Assembly: GCA_013115145.1 (NCBI GenBank) | Contig: JAAPAO010000203.1 | Location: 1-53,197, forward strand | Length of the DNA: 53,197 bases | DNA from: Perkinsus chesapeaki ATCC PRA-425 | Lineage: Eukaryota > Protista > Perkinsozoa | Direction of reading: 5' to 3' | Made by a program: the position numbers and the translations under genes | In this document: positions 21,786 to 40,466 of the stretch, piece by piece | Layout: each line of letters opens with the position of its first letter | Numbering within the stretch: the first letter of the stretch is position 1 | Notes under the pieces: model-generated | Databases searched by the model: none | Told to the model about the DNA's origin: nothing | What the model saw: only the letters and a program-made list of their open reading frames with translations

Positions 21786-24700
21786 TCAATATCGAGCCCG
21801 AACTTGGCCCGGTGGTGGATAATCCATCGCTCTGGCGTCCAATAATTCCTCGTCAACTTCATCCAGATTCTGGCATCCCAGCAACCTCATATTAACCAAT
21901 ATTTCCTCCTTGAATAGATTAGCCAGCTTCACCACACCATCCTCGCGAAAGGCCGCCATTGCAGTCATAAAGGGCCTGCCGATACCAACCGCGCTCGCCC
22001 CCAGAGCAATGCATTTTAGAATGTCGGTGCCTCGTCTGACACCACCATCAACGAATACTGAAAACTGAGCATCGGAACGGCCCTTCCAGCCAACCTGAGA
22101 AGCAACGTTGTAGTGGATTCATAGCCCCCTGGCCCGGAACATTTTGAGCCCGCGTCCAATGGCAGACCCACCGACGTCACTAGACAGACTGCCTGTCATA
22201 GGCAGTATTACCCGAAAGTAATTTTGGTAGAATTAATGATTTTCAATTATACATGAAAGCAGACAGCTCAACTGACAGTCGGGTTAATGACCAGCAGTCT
22301 CGAAGCTGTTCTTAGCGAACTAAACACTGAGAAACGGTATAAAAATGGCCGAGCTTTAGCTCACGGATCTCCAGTTTCAAGTGGGCCACTTGAAGTGGCT
22401 TAATCTTTCCGAAAAAGGTTGAGGTTCTCCGGTGGCACCAGACTGGTGCAATCTGTCACTGACACGCTGCGGGCTTCAAAAGGGATAAACCAAAAAGTAC
22501 TATAGTAGTATGGTAGAGAAGCATTCTCCGCTGCTAACTGGGGCTGCAGGGGGAGCAGCATTACTACTAAAATGTATAAATAAGCTGCGTCTTGGCTGCG
22601 ATACCAGAATAGCTTATAGCGAATACCAAACCTACGAAGCTGGCGATCTTGGCGCTACTGACTAGCAAGGCGAGTTTCGTCCTCTCAGCTTCGTAAACTC
22701 TGTTCTTCAGATTGTGGACCTCGTTACCAAGGACGAACTGAGTTCGTCGAACTCTGACGCGGTGCCCAATCACGGAGATTCGGAGTGACCACTGGTCATT
22801 CGGAGTCCGCATTTCGGACTTTCTGAGCCATGATTATCATGACGTGATATCCCTCGGGGAGAATCATCGCGAGGCACATACTGTAAACAAGGGATGACTC
22901 GAAAAAATGTTTCAGGCCCTTTCTTCATCTGCACGTCTTTTGCTTGAAGTTCTCCATGCAAGAGTGACAATAATTCCTTACTAAAAATGTGGTGCGAACT
23001 CCTCCTACCTTCTTCAATGCCCGTGTGCATTCGTATAGCATCTGTACTCCACTTTTAACCGTGTCCACCTGTCTCGCTCCATGATTCGATACCACTATAC
23101 CACGCAAGCCCAACCGATGGCGCTCTCGATATGCTCGGACAGCGTCAGTTGCTGAAACAATGAACACTGTCATCGATGCTCAACTCCCTGAACCCACGCT
23201 TTCCACACCCCGCAGTGGCGTTCCAAGCCCAAATATGCGCAACCCGTTTACTTCGCCGTATTCCTCTTAAGAGCGTTAAAATGCAAATCTCCTGCCCAAG
23301 CCTACGTGAGTGGATTCCCTTCAAAAATATGTCAATATTCCTACCGCGCTCTGCGGCTTTCTTCTTCGCCAAGTTAGTAATATCTGGTAAATTTTTCCAC
23401 GAAAGACTGTGGGTTATAAACGACGTAATAGCCTGCGCCACCCCAGCAGTTTCCCGCTTCGCTCCGCCCTGGACAGCCGCGCTCTCCCGGGCTTTGAAAC
23501 GCATATCCTTCTCCCTCATGCCGAGCTCTGGGGCGTCAACGGTGATGAAGAGCGCCGAAAAACCGTTGTCGATGATCTTCGTTATCATGGACTCGACCAC
23601 GGAAAAACTTGGATTGACGTAGAGCTGGTACCACTTATCTAGCGAAGGCTCACAAGCCGCCACAATTTCCCTCAGACCTGAAATCAAACTTAATGAAGCT
23701 AAGAAAACCGAAGAATTGCTACTGCAGCTGGCAAGAGTTGGGACCATGTAGGGCATGTCTATCCCACACGCCTTGGTCTTACTGACACCTCTAGCCATAC
23801 ACTTCTCTCCTGAAAACAAACCTTTTGCAAACCTTCCGGTTGGTCGTCTGTTATCCATGAGCTCTAATAGACTTATATTATATAAGTCTACTAGAGCTCA
23901 TCGGCTCATGGTCTATATGAGCTCATTATATAAGTTATATAACGAGGCTACATCATTTCAGGATATATTTCGGAATTTCATAAATCACGATGCGCGATTT
24001 CGCCTTGTGAATTTCCCGAATTACTCGCCAGCTACATTTCCCCATCCACTCCCAGACGACACATGCTGCAAGCACCTTGCATGAAGTACAATAAATCCAA
24101 GTTGCATTTGGCGAAGGAAATCCAATTACCAATTAGCTCCTCAGATACCCCGCAACCGAGCTGCTCTCACCATCTCTGTCGTAAAGCTTGGCCATAGCCA
24201 CCGCTGTGATGTAAAACGGTACGTCACAATGTCGGCCCAAAATATTAGCGGAGCAATCAACCTTGCTCACATCTACCAAGACTCGTGGAATCAGAGATAT
24301 CCTGGAAAACAAGGTCGAAAAATTTCACCGAGGAGAACTACCTGGCAAACGCATCTTCGTTCTCTTGATAGGAGAACTCGTCACCAGCTGCCGAATACAA
24401 ATACGCCCAACCTTCACGAGACACTTTACCTGCATGAGGCGAAGTTGGATACGTACGATATTGATATATTAGATAGTAAATAAGAAATTATGAAAGCAAT
24501 GCTACATTGCCGAAAATATTGAAAATCAAGCTATAATAGCTAAACTATTAACTAATTAGGAAATAAGTCCACTGTGCATTTGCTGTGAAAATGTGTATTA
24601 TACACATTTTCATACGGAATCGCAGTTGCAGCATCTGCTACTTTATACATAGCAAACAGTAGGTAAGAAGCACAAATGCTGATATACACAGGTAGCAGCT

Positions 24701-26097
24701 ACTGCTGGTAGTAGTAGTGCTATATAAACCTATATACACTTGAGATATACTCCGATTGAAATCGTTAAGGCATCGTATTTCCGAATGCTGGAATAGCAAA
24801 CGATGATCCTATATAGAGGAAATTCCCGCGCCTAAGTACTCTCATGAAATACGATCCACCCCAACCAGGCAGCATCCGTTCTATAGAGGGTGAAATCCGA
24901 ACCCTGAAGTGGCCTTACTCTGGCCAGGTATAGAAGGTATGTTATGAAGAGGCCAAGGTACAGGATGCAGTAGCGGGAGGATGCGTCCTTATCGACTCCG
25001 AATCGACTTATCAGATACCAAGGAGATAACGTGTCTTAATTTAACACCGAGAACATGTGAAAGAGAGGCGACCGCCCAATGCTGGCAACCTCAACCCGAC
25101 CCGACCTTGTCGAAATTGCCTAAGGGTAATGTTTCCTCACTGATACTCCACACACGAATAGATTTCGACACTGCCCAACGTCCAACCACTTTCTACCCTC
25201 AGCGACCGCCTTGAAGTCCATGGCATTGAGCATCATGTCGAGGGTAGCATTCTTAGGCTCCTCGTCGATCAGAGAGACCATCTCGGGCGTGTCATCTACC
25301 GGTGGCGGCTCCGATGCGGTCACAGTTGCCGGCTCTTCGAAATCACCAACTATTGCAGACTGGAAATGAGACACGAATTCGTGTGAACAGGTCTACTATA
25401 ATTAATGACATCCACCGGGATGAGCAGCGATATATTAGATACATACTACTAGAATAAATGGACATAATAATAAATGGACAATATAATAAATGGACAATAT
25501 AATAAATGGACAATATGATAAATGGACATAATAATATAATAAATGAATATACTAATATAATAACGTTTGGCATGCAATAACAAATAATATGTACCATTCC
25601 CTTCTACACCAGACTGCTCTCAAGCAATAAAGCTCCATTGATTGGGCGAAAATTCAACGAATTCCGATATTAAATGAACCGAAAAAAATCGACCTTCTTC
25701 TCCCAATTGCCAATTCTCCGGTTCCCTCTGCCCAATTACATTCGGCAAAACTCTCTCTATCATATCCTCCGAGTGGAACTTCTCAAATTCCTTCGTAGAG
25801 TCCCTTCCCGAATGCCGCAATAGGATCGCTGATCCTCCAGGATGTTCGTGGATGAATGCTGTGAGATCATAAACCTTGCCTGAGAATAGGCAAAATAACA
25901 ACAAATCTTCCCCTCAAAAAGGAATCCCAAGTCCATCACAGTTGGGAGCGGAAAACCGCCTAGAGTATCAAGTTACCAAATTCCAATTGAAGGTCAGACG
26001 CATGCCCCTCAATAATACTATTACCATGAATTGCCATCCAGCAGCTCTCCTTAGTAGTGTGCTTACTGAGCTCAGCAGCGGTAATCACTTTTACCAT
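21786..26097 (-). CDS. CYB2: Flavocytochrome b2-type L-lactate dehydrogenase (cytochrome b5 + FMN alpha-hydroxy acid dehydrogenase)
   Basis: MVKVITAAELSKH...CWMAIHG/KVYDLT..HPGG (heme b5 domain); WAYLYSAAGDE, IPRVLVDV, ALFITVDAP..G.REKD, GIVVSNHGARQVD and VDGGVRRGTDILKCIALGA FMN-domain motifs. Confidence 0.9.
25453..25545. repeat. AT-rich minisatellite (about 17-18 nt unit AATAAATGGACAATAT) in a CYB2 intron
   Basis: About 5 imperfect copies directly visible. Confidence 0.85.
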
Positions 26098-27082
26098 TCA
26101 GAAAAAAAAACTATCTATCTGATCACTCGAAATCAGACGGACACGTACTAGCGAGAGTGTTTCACTGACGAGCTGAGGGTTATTCAAAAATACCAAAACC
26201 CGTACAATGCAATTTCGGCGCAATCTTCCGCACTTGTCCACCGAGCCCAAGCCAGTCGTGTGACGCGAGTTGCCACAGATCAACTACCTCACGGAATGCA
26301 ACTATGCAAATTTGCATACATTATTCCACCACTCATCTGCGTCCTGTAAACTTCCCATCTTATCGTCCTCGAAAAGCAGCGAGCTTCCCCTTCTTTCGGA
26401 GCCCCCCGAATTTTCACAATACGGTTATCGGAGTACTATGCGAAACGATTTCTCCATTTTCTTCCCCCGCCTTCGACGCCATGAGGATGCGTACGCACGC
26501 ATGCGCACTAAAGATTCTTTTCCAGGTTGCAAAATGCTGAGCGTACTTCGGGGAAATATGAACCAGAAAACCATGGCTCTCGAATATGTGAATGAGTGAC
26601 GATAATAATAACTAATAGGTGGATTCCCGAGGGGAGCCCACAGTTCATCTTCTGCAAACCGCAGGCATCGACCAAGGATGGAGAAGTGCTCTCTGAGAGT
26701 CAATCAGCATTCCAAATACAGAATCAAGCACACCGCTTCAAAAACATCATTTTTAAAGGGGTGAAACGATAATATCGGACGACCCTCAGTAATACAGAGT
26801 TTTCCTGCCCTCCCCTCCGACTTGACAAACCCAACACTCAGTTCACTTTGCGCTAATACAGCGGTTATCAGTCCTCTTCACAGCAGACTGCAGTAGTAGT
26901 ACGGAGGGCAGCAGTACTAATAGAAGTCTAGATAGTTCTTATGACAGTTACAACAACAACAATTCGGTACGAATCTTTATGGTGAGTACGAATCTACTGG
27001 CTCGTGACACTGACGTTGACAGATATTCATGAGCGGATAAAGCTGCTGCTGCCGGTGTTGCCACTCAGACGGCATCATTCGT

Positions 27083-29656
<2,574 letters not shown>

Positions 29657-29904
29657 GGTCAAAGTCGAAAGCTACCTCGAAAAATATCTGCACGCATGCG
29701 CAGGACCCCCTCCCTTCGACGCCGCCGAGAGGCGTTAATCAGCTATGTGATCAATAACTTCCCTTTCTGCACAGAAAGACACACGGAAATTTAACAGTGA
29801 AAATCTGAGATTTTTTCCGGTTACCCCTGAAAAAATCGCCCGAAAAGATATCGCTACTTCTCCGTTTTTCCTTCCCTCGCCCCCACGGCCCACTAGCTCC
29901 CCTC

Positions 29905-32028
29905 AGCTACCCACGAGGGGGACAGCAGCACACAATCGATGCGCCCCAAAAACACAAGATACTTTTGAGGTTAAACGAACGGTGCGTTCTCGACACCTTT
30001 AATGAGTTACCGGCACACCTTCCTACTTGGCCGGCGAGTCGTCGCCTGCTGCTGCTTGCTTCTCGGTCGTTGCCGCCTCGCTCGCGGCCCGCTGTTGGGC
30101 CGCGGCAGCCTTTCTCGAGGAGGCCTCGACAACCTTCTGGTCGGCCTCAAAATGGTCGTTCATGTCCACAGTGTACATCTCATCGCCAGGGTTGGCGAAG
30201 CCCTCAAAGCCTATAGTGAAACGATCGGCATCATCGGGGGCAAGGGCTCTGAAAAAAAAGGGGACAGAATTTGTGCAACGAGCTTCACACGAAAAGTATC
30301 CCTATCCACGCGAGGAGCGGTACGACACAAAAACTGTCCCCCTTACTGGACAATGCGTTTGAATCTTAGTCCCAACGGCTTAACCAGCTTCTCCTCTCGG
30401 GAAGACAGCCATAAGGCGATCTTAACTCCACCTGAAATCCGTTTCTCAACAAACTCGGACAGAACTACGTAATCACTCCTGTCTACTCGAGCGATATATG
30501 TTTAATACAAATACTCATTACACTTCGAGGTCGAAGCGTGCATTAATTAAAAAATAAGATACGGTGCGGTCGGATGGTGTGGTCGCACTGCCAAGCTCAC
30601 AGAAGTTCCCCATCATTTCTAATATATTCTGACCAAACAGACCTAAACGAGGCCAGCTCATGCAATAATTCAATTCAGGTTCAGCCATGTCTCAACAAAC
30701 CGCACTTTAGTATTCATTCGCTCATCCGACAATCTCAGCGGCCATCTTTCAACACAGTCTCGAGCTATCAGCACTATCAATACCGCCTCCGCCGCCTTAC
30801 CTCTCCTGACACTGCATACCACTCCACACACCACATCCTCGTTAATAAGAGGGTAGTAGGTCTCACCGATCACCGAGAGGACCACATCAGTCCAAATATC
30901 ATCAACAATCTAACAAGTGATAAGTGACAACTGCCGATTTAAGCGATCTCCCATCATTTCCCGAAATACGGAGTCCATCAATCACATCCAATCCACAAGG
31001 CTTGGAATGCTCGTAACCTCATTTACATAAATGTACATGCGTCGGCATCATCATCACCACCGACTCGCATCACGCTTGCTCCCAGCCGTGCAGCTTATTA
31101 CGTTTAACGTGACCAGTACAACACAAAAAAGGATTCGAAAGGACCGACTTTGCGAACTTCACACGCATCCTACTCAACTTATCCCTCTTTTATAGAATCA
31201 ATCATGTAGCTCAAATTGAGCAAAAGCAAAGCGCTCCATCGAAGTAAAGAAATTCTTCAAACACTTGGCATAGCTGGGGTAAGAATTCTTCTATCCCAGC
31301 CATCTAATCCCGGATGCTCGCCCAGGCCTACTATGTCTACTAATTACTGTTATATTAGTACACTAATGATACTGACGCCTATTAACGTATGGTATCGACC
31401 ATACGTTTCACTACCTTTTGTTTCTCAGCCTTAACGATCCATCTGCCTCCCTCAGTGCATGCAGGATCCTCCCAGGCAGGACTCACACCAGCTCTAAAAA
31501 AGCCGGGCCTGGGATTCGAACCCGCGATCTCCCGCTTACTTGAAGACGCTGTAGTCCGCATGAACAAGTCTGCTGGGCTTGTGCATGTTATTAGAGATTC
31601 TCCAAAATTCTTCAATAGTATTAAAGTCGATGGCCTTCTGCTGGTTTTGCTGCCAATGATCTTTAACCGACTAAACGAAGCAGCAAAATGTGTATTCGTG
31701 AATCGCTTCGCTCCGCCATTTCTACTACCTTCCCTTGCTGTGACATGACCCACAAACTCCACTCATGCTGCAATTTATGATCTTCCACCGTACTAGGGGA
31801 CGCTTCTAAGATAACAAAAATACACCCACCAGGGATCGAACCCACGCCCTTTCCCTTACCTCCGTTAAACTTGGCGCTCTCCCCCTCGGCCACTGGAGCG
31901 TCGGCTTCCTTCTTCTCTTCTTCTGCGGGGACCGGCTGATTCACCACTTCCTCCTTTCGTGTCTCTTCCTCCTCCACAGGTGCCTCCTTCGTCGCCGCTG
32001 CTGCTGTTGGTTCAACCGATGATGCCAT
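29905..32028 (-). CDS. eIF4E: Translation initiation factor 4E family protein
   Basis: HKLQHEWSLW, DHWQQN, FNTIEEFW, DYSVFK/AGVSPAWEDP...GGRW, VIGE...VCGVVCSVR, KIALW. The 3' end lies in a low-complexity tail and is approximate. Confidence 0.85.
31494..31539 (-). other. 46-nt eIF4E intron made almost entirely of a tRNA 3' half
   Basis: GT-AA-GCGGG-AGATC-GCGGG-TTCGAAT-CCCAG-GCCCGGC-TTTTTT-AG. Removing it restores ADYSVFK/AGVSPAWEDP. Confidence 0.8.
31806..31859 (-). other. 54-nt eIF4E intron containing a tRNA 3' half
   Basis: GT-AA-GGGAA-AGGGC-GTGGG-TTCGATC-CCTGG-TGGGTGT-A-TTTTT...TTAG. The intron is in frame (54 nt), so retention cannot be excluded. Confidence 0.7.
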
Positions 32029-32684
32029 TATGGCTGAAAATTTATTATTCAACGAGAGAATTAAACAAGCCGGTAATTAAGCCTGAAAACGATACCTCTG
32101 CCCACCCCGACACAGCACCAACAATCACCCCCCCAACCCCCCCCCGAGGAAACAACAAAGTCGTTCGGTAAGAAACGTAGTAGATAGTAGACGTGGTAGT
32201 GCTAGCTTCGACGTCGCTTGGGTCTCGCTCGCTTCCCATTGGAGGCCTGAAGCGAGGAGAATGGTCGTGTGCCACAAGACGAGATCCGTTTAAGCAGTGG
32301 AGCAGAAGGTGGGGGGAGTAAAGCCGGGCATTCACGGCCTGCACGCGAGCATTCCTGGGACGGTATAGTAGACGGTTTGATAAGAAACGTGCTGCTTGTG
32401 AAAACCCGAGAATCCAGAGAAGGGTTACTAATAGACAAAGGGGCAGCCTAAGGAGCGTGTTAAAGCTATAATGAGTAGTAGCTTTACTTCGGGGAGTCTC
32501 CTTCATTTATATAATGATTTGAGGAAAGAGCGGTATGAGATTTAGTAAGTGCAACTTACTTCAGCGGGACGCTTGCCGAGCTGCATTGGATCAAGTTCAA
32601 CGTTGCGAGATGCTTGGTGACGAGCCTGAAGGGAAGAGTAGGGATGAAGTATCTCAAGTTGGACCGCGCACGATACATATTAGG

Positions 32685-34508
32685 TTAATCGTCGCCGAAA
32701 GCCTGCGATATTGAGTAAGTGGAATGTGAGATAAGTCAAATTGGGGAAGAGTATCTTAGGTCGAACATCGTAAGATACAGAATACGTAATTATGATACTA
32801 CACCAAACAATACAATGCAGGAAATCTCAAGCATGAAGGGTATCTTAGGTCTACCCATGCAAGATACACTGAAAGTCGACTTACTTTCAATATATCATCA
32901 TCATAGTGTACCATACCCTCGCCGGCATTCGAAGAATCGACCAAGTCTTGCAAAGACCTCCCTCCACTACGAGGTGGGCCACCCGAGCTCATCTGACAAA
33001 ATATTCAAAGGTCGAAGCATGCAAGATACAAAACAGGTCAACTTACTGTCTTAGAAGCTTTAACAATATCTCCCAAATTGCTCTTCTTCACAGCCATGTC
33101 CGCCATCTCCCCCACTTCCTCCAAGGTAACAGTGCCTCCACTTCCACCCGATCTGAGGCGGAAAGCCATCACATCTTCCGAACCGAGCTCGAGACTTGCA
33201 GCACTACATCAGCGACTTTCCCAAAAATAGAGATACAGGAATTTACAAAAAATAGCTGGGCATTCATATATAAAGATATAATATAGTATATATTAATAAG
33301 GCGGCCCTAATATAAAGATATAATAATATATATTAATAAAGCCGTCCTAATATAAAGATATAATAATATATATTAATAAAGCCGTCCTAATATAAAGATA
33401 TAATAATATATACTAATAAAGCCGTCCTAATATAAAGATATAATAATATATATTAATAAGGCCGTCCTAATATAAAGATATAATATATATTAAAGAAATA
33501 AGGATATATATCATATACCTATATAAGTAGTATTAATTAATTAATAATACCAGGTACAATATCTATAACAAGACCATCCCTCCGAGTCCACACAGGTGTC
33601 GAGATCGAGAGCCCAGGTGACACCAACGTGAACGGTTGCCAAAGCCTACTACTAGTAGTAGAACGTAAGAACAGCATCTTCCCCCTCCTCCCGTACCCTC
33701 CCAACACAGTGCTCCTAAGTCGCCTCAGCTCCGCTTTATTCTGCTTGGTAGTAGGCAATCTCAACATATTATTTTCCTCATACTCCTCCCTTTCTGTCCA
33801 TTTATTAATAAGCCTACTGTCCTCAGCGCTCATAGGTCCCTTGCCCTCCCCAACGACTACAGGGGCATCACTGAACTCATCCCGAAGGTCCCGAACGGCC
33901 CGGGATCTCTCCAATGCCGCCAGCCTTCTCTCGGCCTTCTTAATATCTCCTCCAGTAACATCATTATTCATCATTACACCTCCGGCCACCTTCGGTGCTC
34001 GATACAACTGCTCCCCAGGTCTCCCCTCCTCCTCCTCCGCCACCTCCTCCTCTTCAAGGCCCTTTTCTAGACTGGCCAGATTAGGCCGATCTTGGAGCTC
34101 CTCATCCATCTGGCCTTCGGAGCTTGCCAACTTCACCAACCTATCAATTTGATACTTTAATTTCTGCTCGATCGGTCTCATTCTTTCCATCAAAGCCCTT
34201 TGCCAAGCCAGTTGCTTCACTACTGGATGCTCGGCGATGCTGATGCCTCGGTTCTTAAGTCTCATATAGTACCCCAAATTCGCCATATAGCTCATCAACA
34301 GCTCTAACTTTGCCATGATAAATCTGACCACCCCCTTATCGGGAAGCTCAGGAAGCTTGGATATGCATTCGGCAAGCGGCTTAGTGCGGGCTTCTAGCTC
34401 TTGGGAACATTCTTTATAGTGCGCTAAGATACTCCGATACTCCTCCACCTCACCAGCGACAACCTCTTGCCTCTTAGAAGGGGAAAGGGCTGCCATGTAA
34501 GAAGACAC
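32685..34508 (-). CDS. Lcp5/neuroguidin (Sas10/Utp3/C1D family) SSU processome protein
   Basis: KLELLMSYMANLGYYM...HPVVKQLAWQRALMERMRPIEQKLKYQIDRLVK, RPNL, YRAPK, EEYEENNMLRLP. Further small exons are inferred at 33152-33047, 32992-32885 and 32702-32685. Confidence 0.8.
33268..33495. repeat. 40-nt AT-rich tandem repeat, about 5 copies, in an Lcp5/NGDN intron
   Basis: Unit GCCGTCCTAATATAAAGATATAATAATATATATTAATAAA starting at 33301, 33341, 33381, 33421 and 33461. Confidence 0.9.
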
Positions 34509-34574
34509 TGTGGTGAATGGTATTATTAAATGGCGCTCCTGGGACTAGAACCCTGGACCTTCTATCAGTCTTAC
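34508..34574 (-). other. Intron at the 5' end of Lcp5/NGDN containing a tRNA 3' half
   Basis: GTAAGACTGATAGA-AGGTC-CAGGG-TTCTAGT-CCCAG-GAGCGCC-A-TTT...CACAG. Confidence 0.6.
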
Positions 34575-34840
34575 TAGGAGTGCCCAGGGCCGTCCAAGCT
34601 ACTTAAGTTGACCCTAGTGGTATCTTATTAGGCCGCTTAATACCTTGCGGAAAAAATCTTGAAAATTTTGCCAAAATGACGATAATGAAGATGATGTAAT
34701 TCATTTACACCGACAACTCGCTAAGTGTACGTAATGTGGCGCGCGCGTAGTTTTGTGGCGCAGTGACGGTGGTCTCTACCCGATTTCCACACACTTTTGG
34801 CGCGGATATTTTTAAGGTTAACTTGTTGACCTTTGCCTGA

Positions 34841-37937
<3,097 letters not shown>

Positions 37938-37941
<4 letters not shown>

Positions 37942-37981
37942 TCGAAAGGTCGTGGGTTCGAATCCCACGGCATGCATTTTT
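37938..37981 (+). other. tRNA 3' half fused to the thiolase stop codon
   Basis: GT-AA-TCGAA-AGGTC-GTGGG-TTCGAAT-CCCAC-GGCATGC-A-TTTTT, with a perfect 5-bp T-stem and no recognisable 5' half. Confidence 0.75.
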
Positions 37982-38213
37982 ACATGATGATAATAGTGTG
38001 TTTTTAACTTATTATTTTATAGTTTCTGAGAGCCACTTGCCTGTTGTGTTTGACATCGGTTGCATTGTGCATTTAGAAATTGCCTGTTGACCAAACCACG
38101 CCCGGTTCGCCTCTAGAAGGCAATGGTGATCTAGTTTGGCAATGCCCTTCGGTCCTCTGCGACTGAGCACTTTGAGTGTTTGCAGTATCCTTTTTTGTCT
38201 ACATTCATCTACT

Positions 38214-39995
38214 ATGTCTCAGGCAGGCAGCAAACGTGAATGGGACCCTACGTTGGAGCCATTAAGTAGGCGAGAGAAGGTCGTGGGTTCGAATCCTGGC
38301 AGGGGTATTTTTATTTAGTGAAAGTGCTGATGAGCAAGAAGGGTATCAATCATCGCAATGCGACTGAAGTTGGCAAGAAGGTGGTCACCATCATCCGAGG
38401 TAGGAAAGATTCCCGGAAGCTCAGCTTGAGATTGTTAGGGGCGGTTATCTAGCCTCCCGAGAATGGGCTCTATGACGGTCAGAAATTGTTCCCTATATGG
38501 AGATATAATTAAAATATAGATAGAGTTGATAGATGCTGCTAGTGCAATAATGAACATTACGCCCCCTCTGTGCACATTCTATGTCCCCCCGACTCCCTAG
38601 GAGGAGAGGGACTGCTGCTCGGCTGCCTTTCTCCCTAATTTCGTGGCGCGCGGTCATTGATATTCCGTCAGGCAAGGAGTTAACTGAGTTCCTGCTCAAT
38701 AACGGCGCACTTCTTAAGAAGAGATGCCCCGATGCCTTGAAGGAGTATCTCGACGGTAAAATGCCGGAGTCGGAGGCCGATAATGCCAAGTTGGTTATAC
38801 CGCTCATACGAGGCGGTTTCATGTTCCGTTGTGTCGATGCTACGGTAGGGCCGAATGGGGGGGCTGTAGAATGTCTTGGATCAGATTCAAGCAACGGATA
38901 AGCCTTCTGGGAGCACAGAGCGTCGACGTCGGAAGTGGCCTGATAGGGTTGCTAGAGTGGCACCTCAACATCAAGGATATGATCCTAAGGGCCTTTATAT
39001 CGTGGAGTGGGAGGTGAGGGAGGGGAGAGGGAGGCGGAGCGAAGCGTTTCATGCTTACCATTTTTGTTATTTAGGGATCGAAGACCATGCAATATGTGTT
39101 GTTGGCTGTGATTATCACCGCGGTTCTTCTTATGTGTCTTTTCCCTGTATGGCCTTTGTGGGCTAAATTCGCTGTTTGGTAAGGGGTATCTTTGGCGGTA
39201 TCGCACTATGAAGAATTTGGGGTATCTTTCAGGTATCTTACGGTGGCGTTTTCGACCTTTATGATTGCGCTATTGATCATCCGTATGGTATTCTACGTCG
39301 CTCTATGGGCCTTTGGCGCTGACTTCTGGATTTTCCCTAACCTCTTAGATGAAGACGTAGGCGTCAACTTGACCTTTCATGTATCTTGCACGCTTCAACC
39401 TCGGATTTTTTTCAGCTCGGAGTGATAGAATCCTTCCAACCTCTCTATTCCTTCGCTTATCGTTCTGATGACTGGTTAATGATAATCTGCCGCGTCCTGT
39501 CCGTGGGCGTCATAGGCATTGCCCTCCACCAGCTCAGTCAGACGCACTCCTTGTCTGATATCGGCGAGTTTGCGAAGGTTCAGTTTTTGGATATTGTCGA
39601 ATGGGGCGAGAACAAGTTACAGAGCGGTAAGGTTCTAACTCATTACCAACACTGGGTAACGCAGAGTATCCACCGGTCGCAGGTTCGATTCCCAGGCTGG
39701 GGTTTTGTCCCTATTTTATTACAATTATCAAATACATATATTTTTTCTAGTCTCCTTACTCTCGAAAGTTCTTTTTGGAAATCTCGGCGGAAAATTTTCC
39801 GGTATTTTTTTGTTTTTTTCAGGTCCCGAGATGAAGCAAAGATTCCCCTCGCTGGAGCAAGTTAAACAGGAGACCGAGGTTGACTTTGACAACGACACGG
39901 AACGTGTCCACACCGACTACACTACCCAGGATACCGGCGACCAGGCTAAGGAGGCTGATGATGATATGGATGACTTTATAGATGAGGAGCAATAG
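38214..39995 (+). CDS. SEC62: Translocation protein Sec62
   Basis: N-terminal GKKVVTIIRG, LLNNG...LIRGGF, two TM segments (CVFPVWPL; FWIFPNLLDED/LGVIESFQPLY) and an acidic C-tail. Confidence 0.85.
38266..38318 (+). other. 53-nt SEC62 intron 1 containing a tRNA 3' half
   Basis: GTAGGCGAGAGA-AGGTC-GTGGG-TTCGAAT-CCTGG-CAGGGGT-A-TTTTT-ATTTAG. It shares a 20-nt identity with the 37938 element. Confidence 0.8.
39674..39706 (+). other. tRNA-3'-half-like sequence in a late SEC62 intron
   Basis: CGGTC-GCAGG-TTCGATT-CCCAG-GCTGGGG-TTTT. Confidence 0.6.
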
Positions 39996-40057
39996 GCTCG
40001 ATGATGGTGATGATGATCATATTCCATCCTATGTGATGATCCTCCTTTCAAAAGGGA

Positions 40058-40466
40058 ATGCTGTGGTGTTATTATAGCGGGAATCTTTATAGTGGGATGA
40101 TGCTGTGGTGTTATTATAGGGGGAATCTTTATAGTGCGATGATGCTGTGGTGTTATTATAGCGGGAATCTTTATAGTGCGATGATGCTGTGGTGTTATTA
40201 TAGCGGGAATCTTTATAGTGGGATGATGCTGTGGTGTTATTATAGCGGGAATCTTTATAGTGCGATGATGCTGTGGTGTTATTATAGGGTGAATCTTTAT
40301 AGTGCGATGATGCTATGGTGTTATTATAGCGGGAATCTGTATAGTGCGATGATGCTGTGGTGTTATTATAGGGGGAATCTTTACAGTGCGACGATGCTAT
40401 GGTGTTATTATAGGGGGAATCTTTATAGTGCGACGATGCTATGGTGTTATTATAGGGGGAATCTTG
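40058..40466. repeat. 42-nt minisatellite, about 9.7 copies
   Basis: Unit ATGCTGTGGTGTTATTATAGCGGGAATCTTTATAGTGCGATG; substitutions only, no indels, no spacers. Confidence 0.95.

Noticed and set aside
40058-40466. CRISPR array
   Set aside because: Contiguous tandem units with no unique spacers, eukaryotic context and no cas genes.
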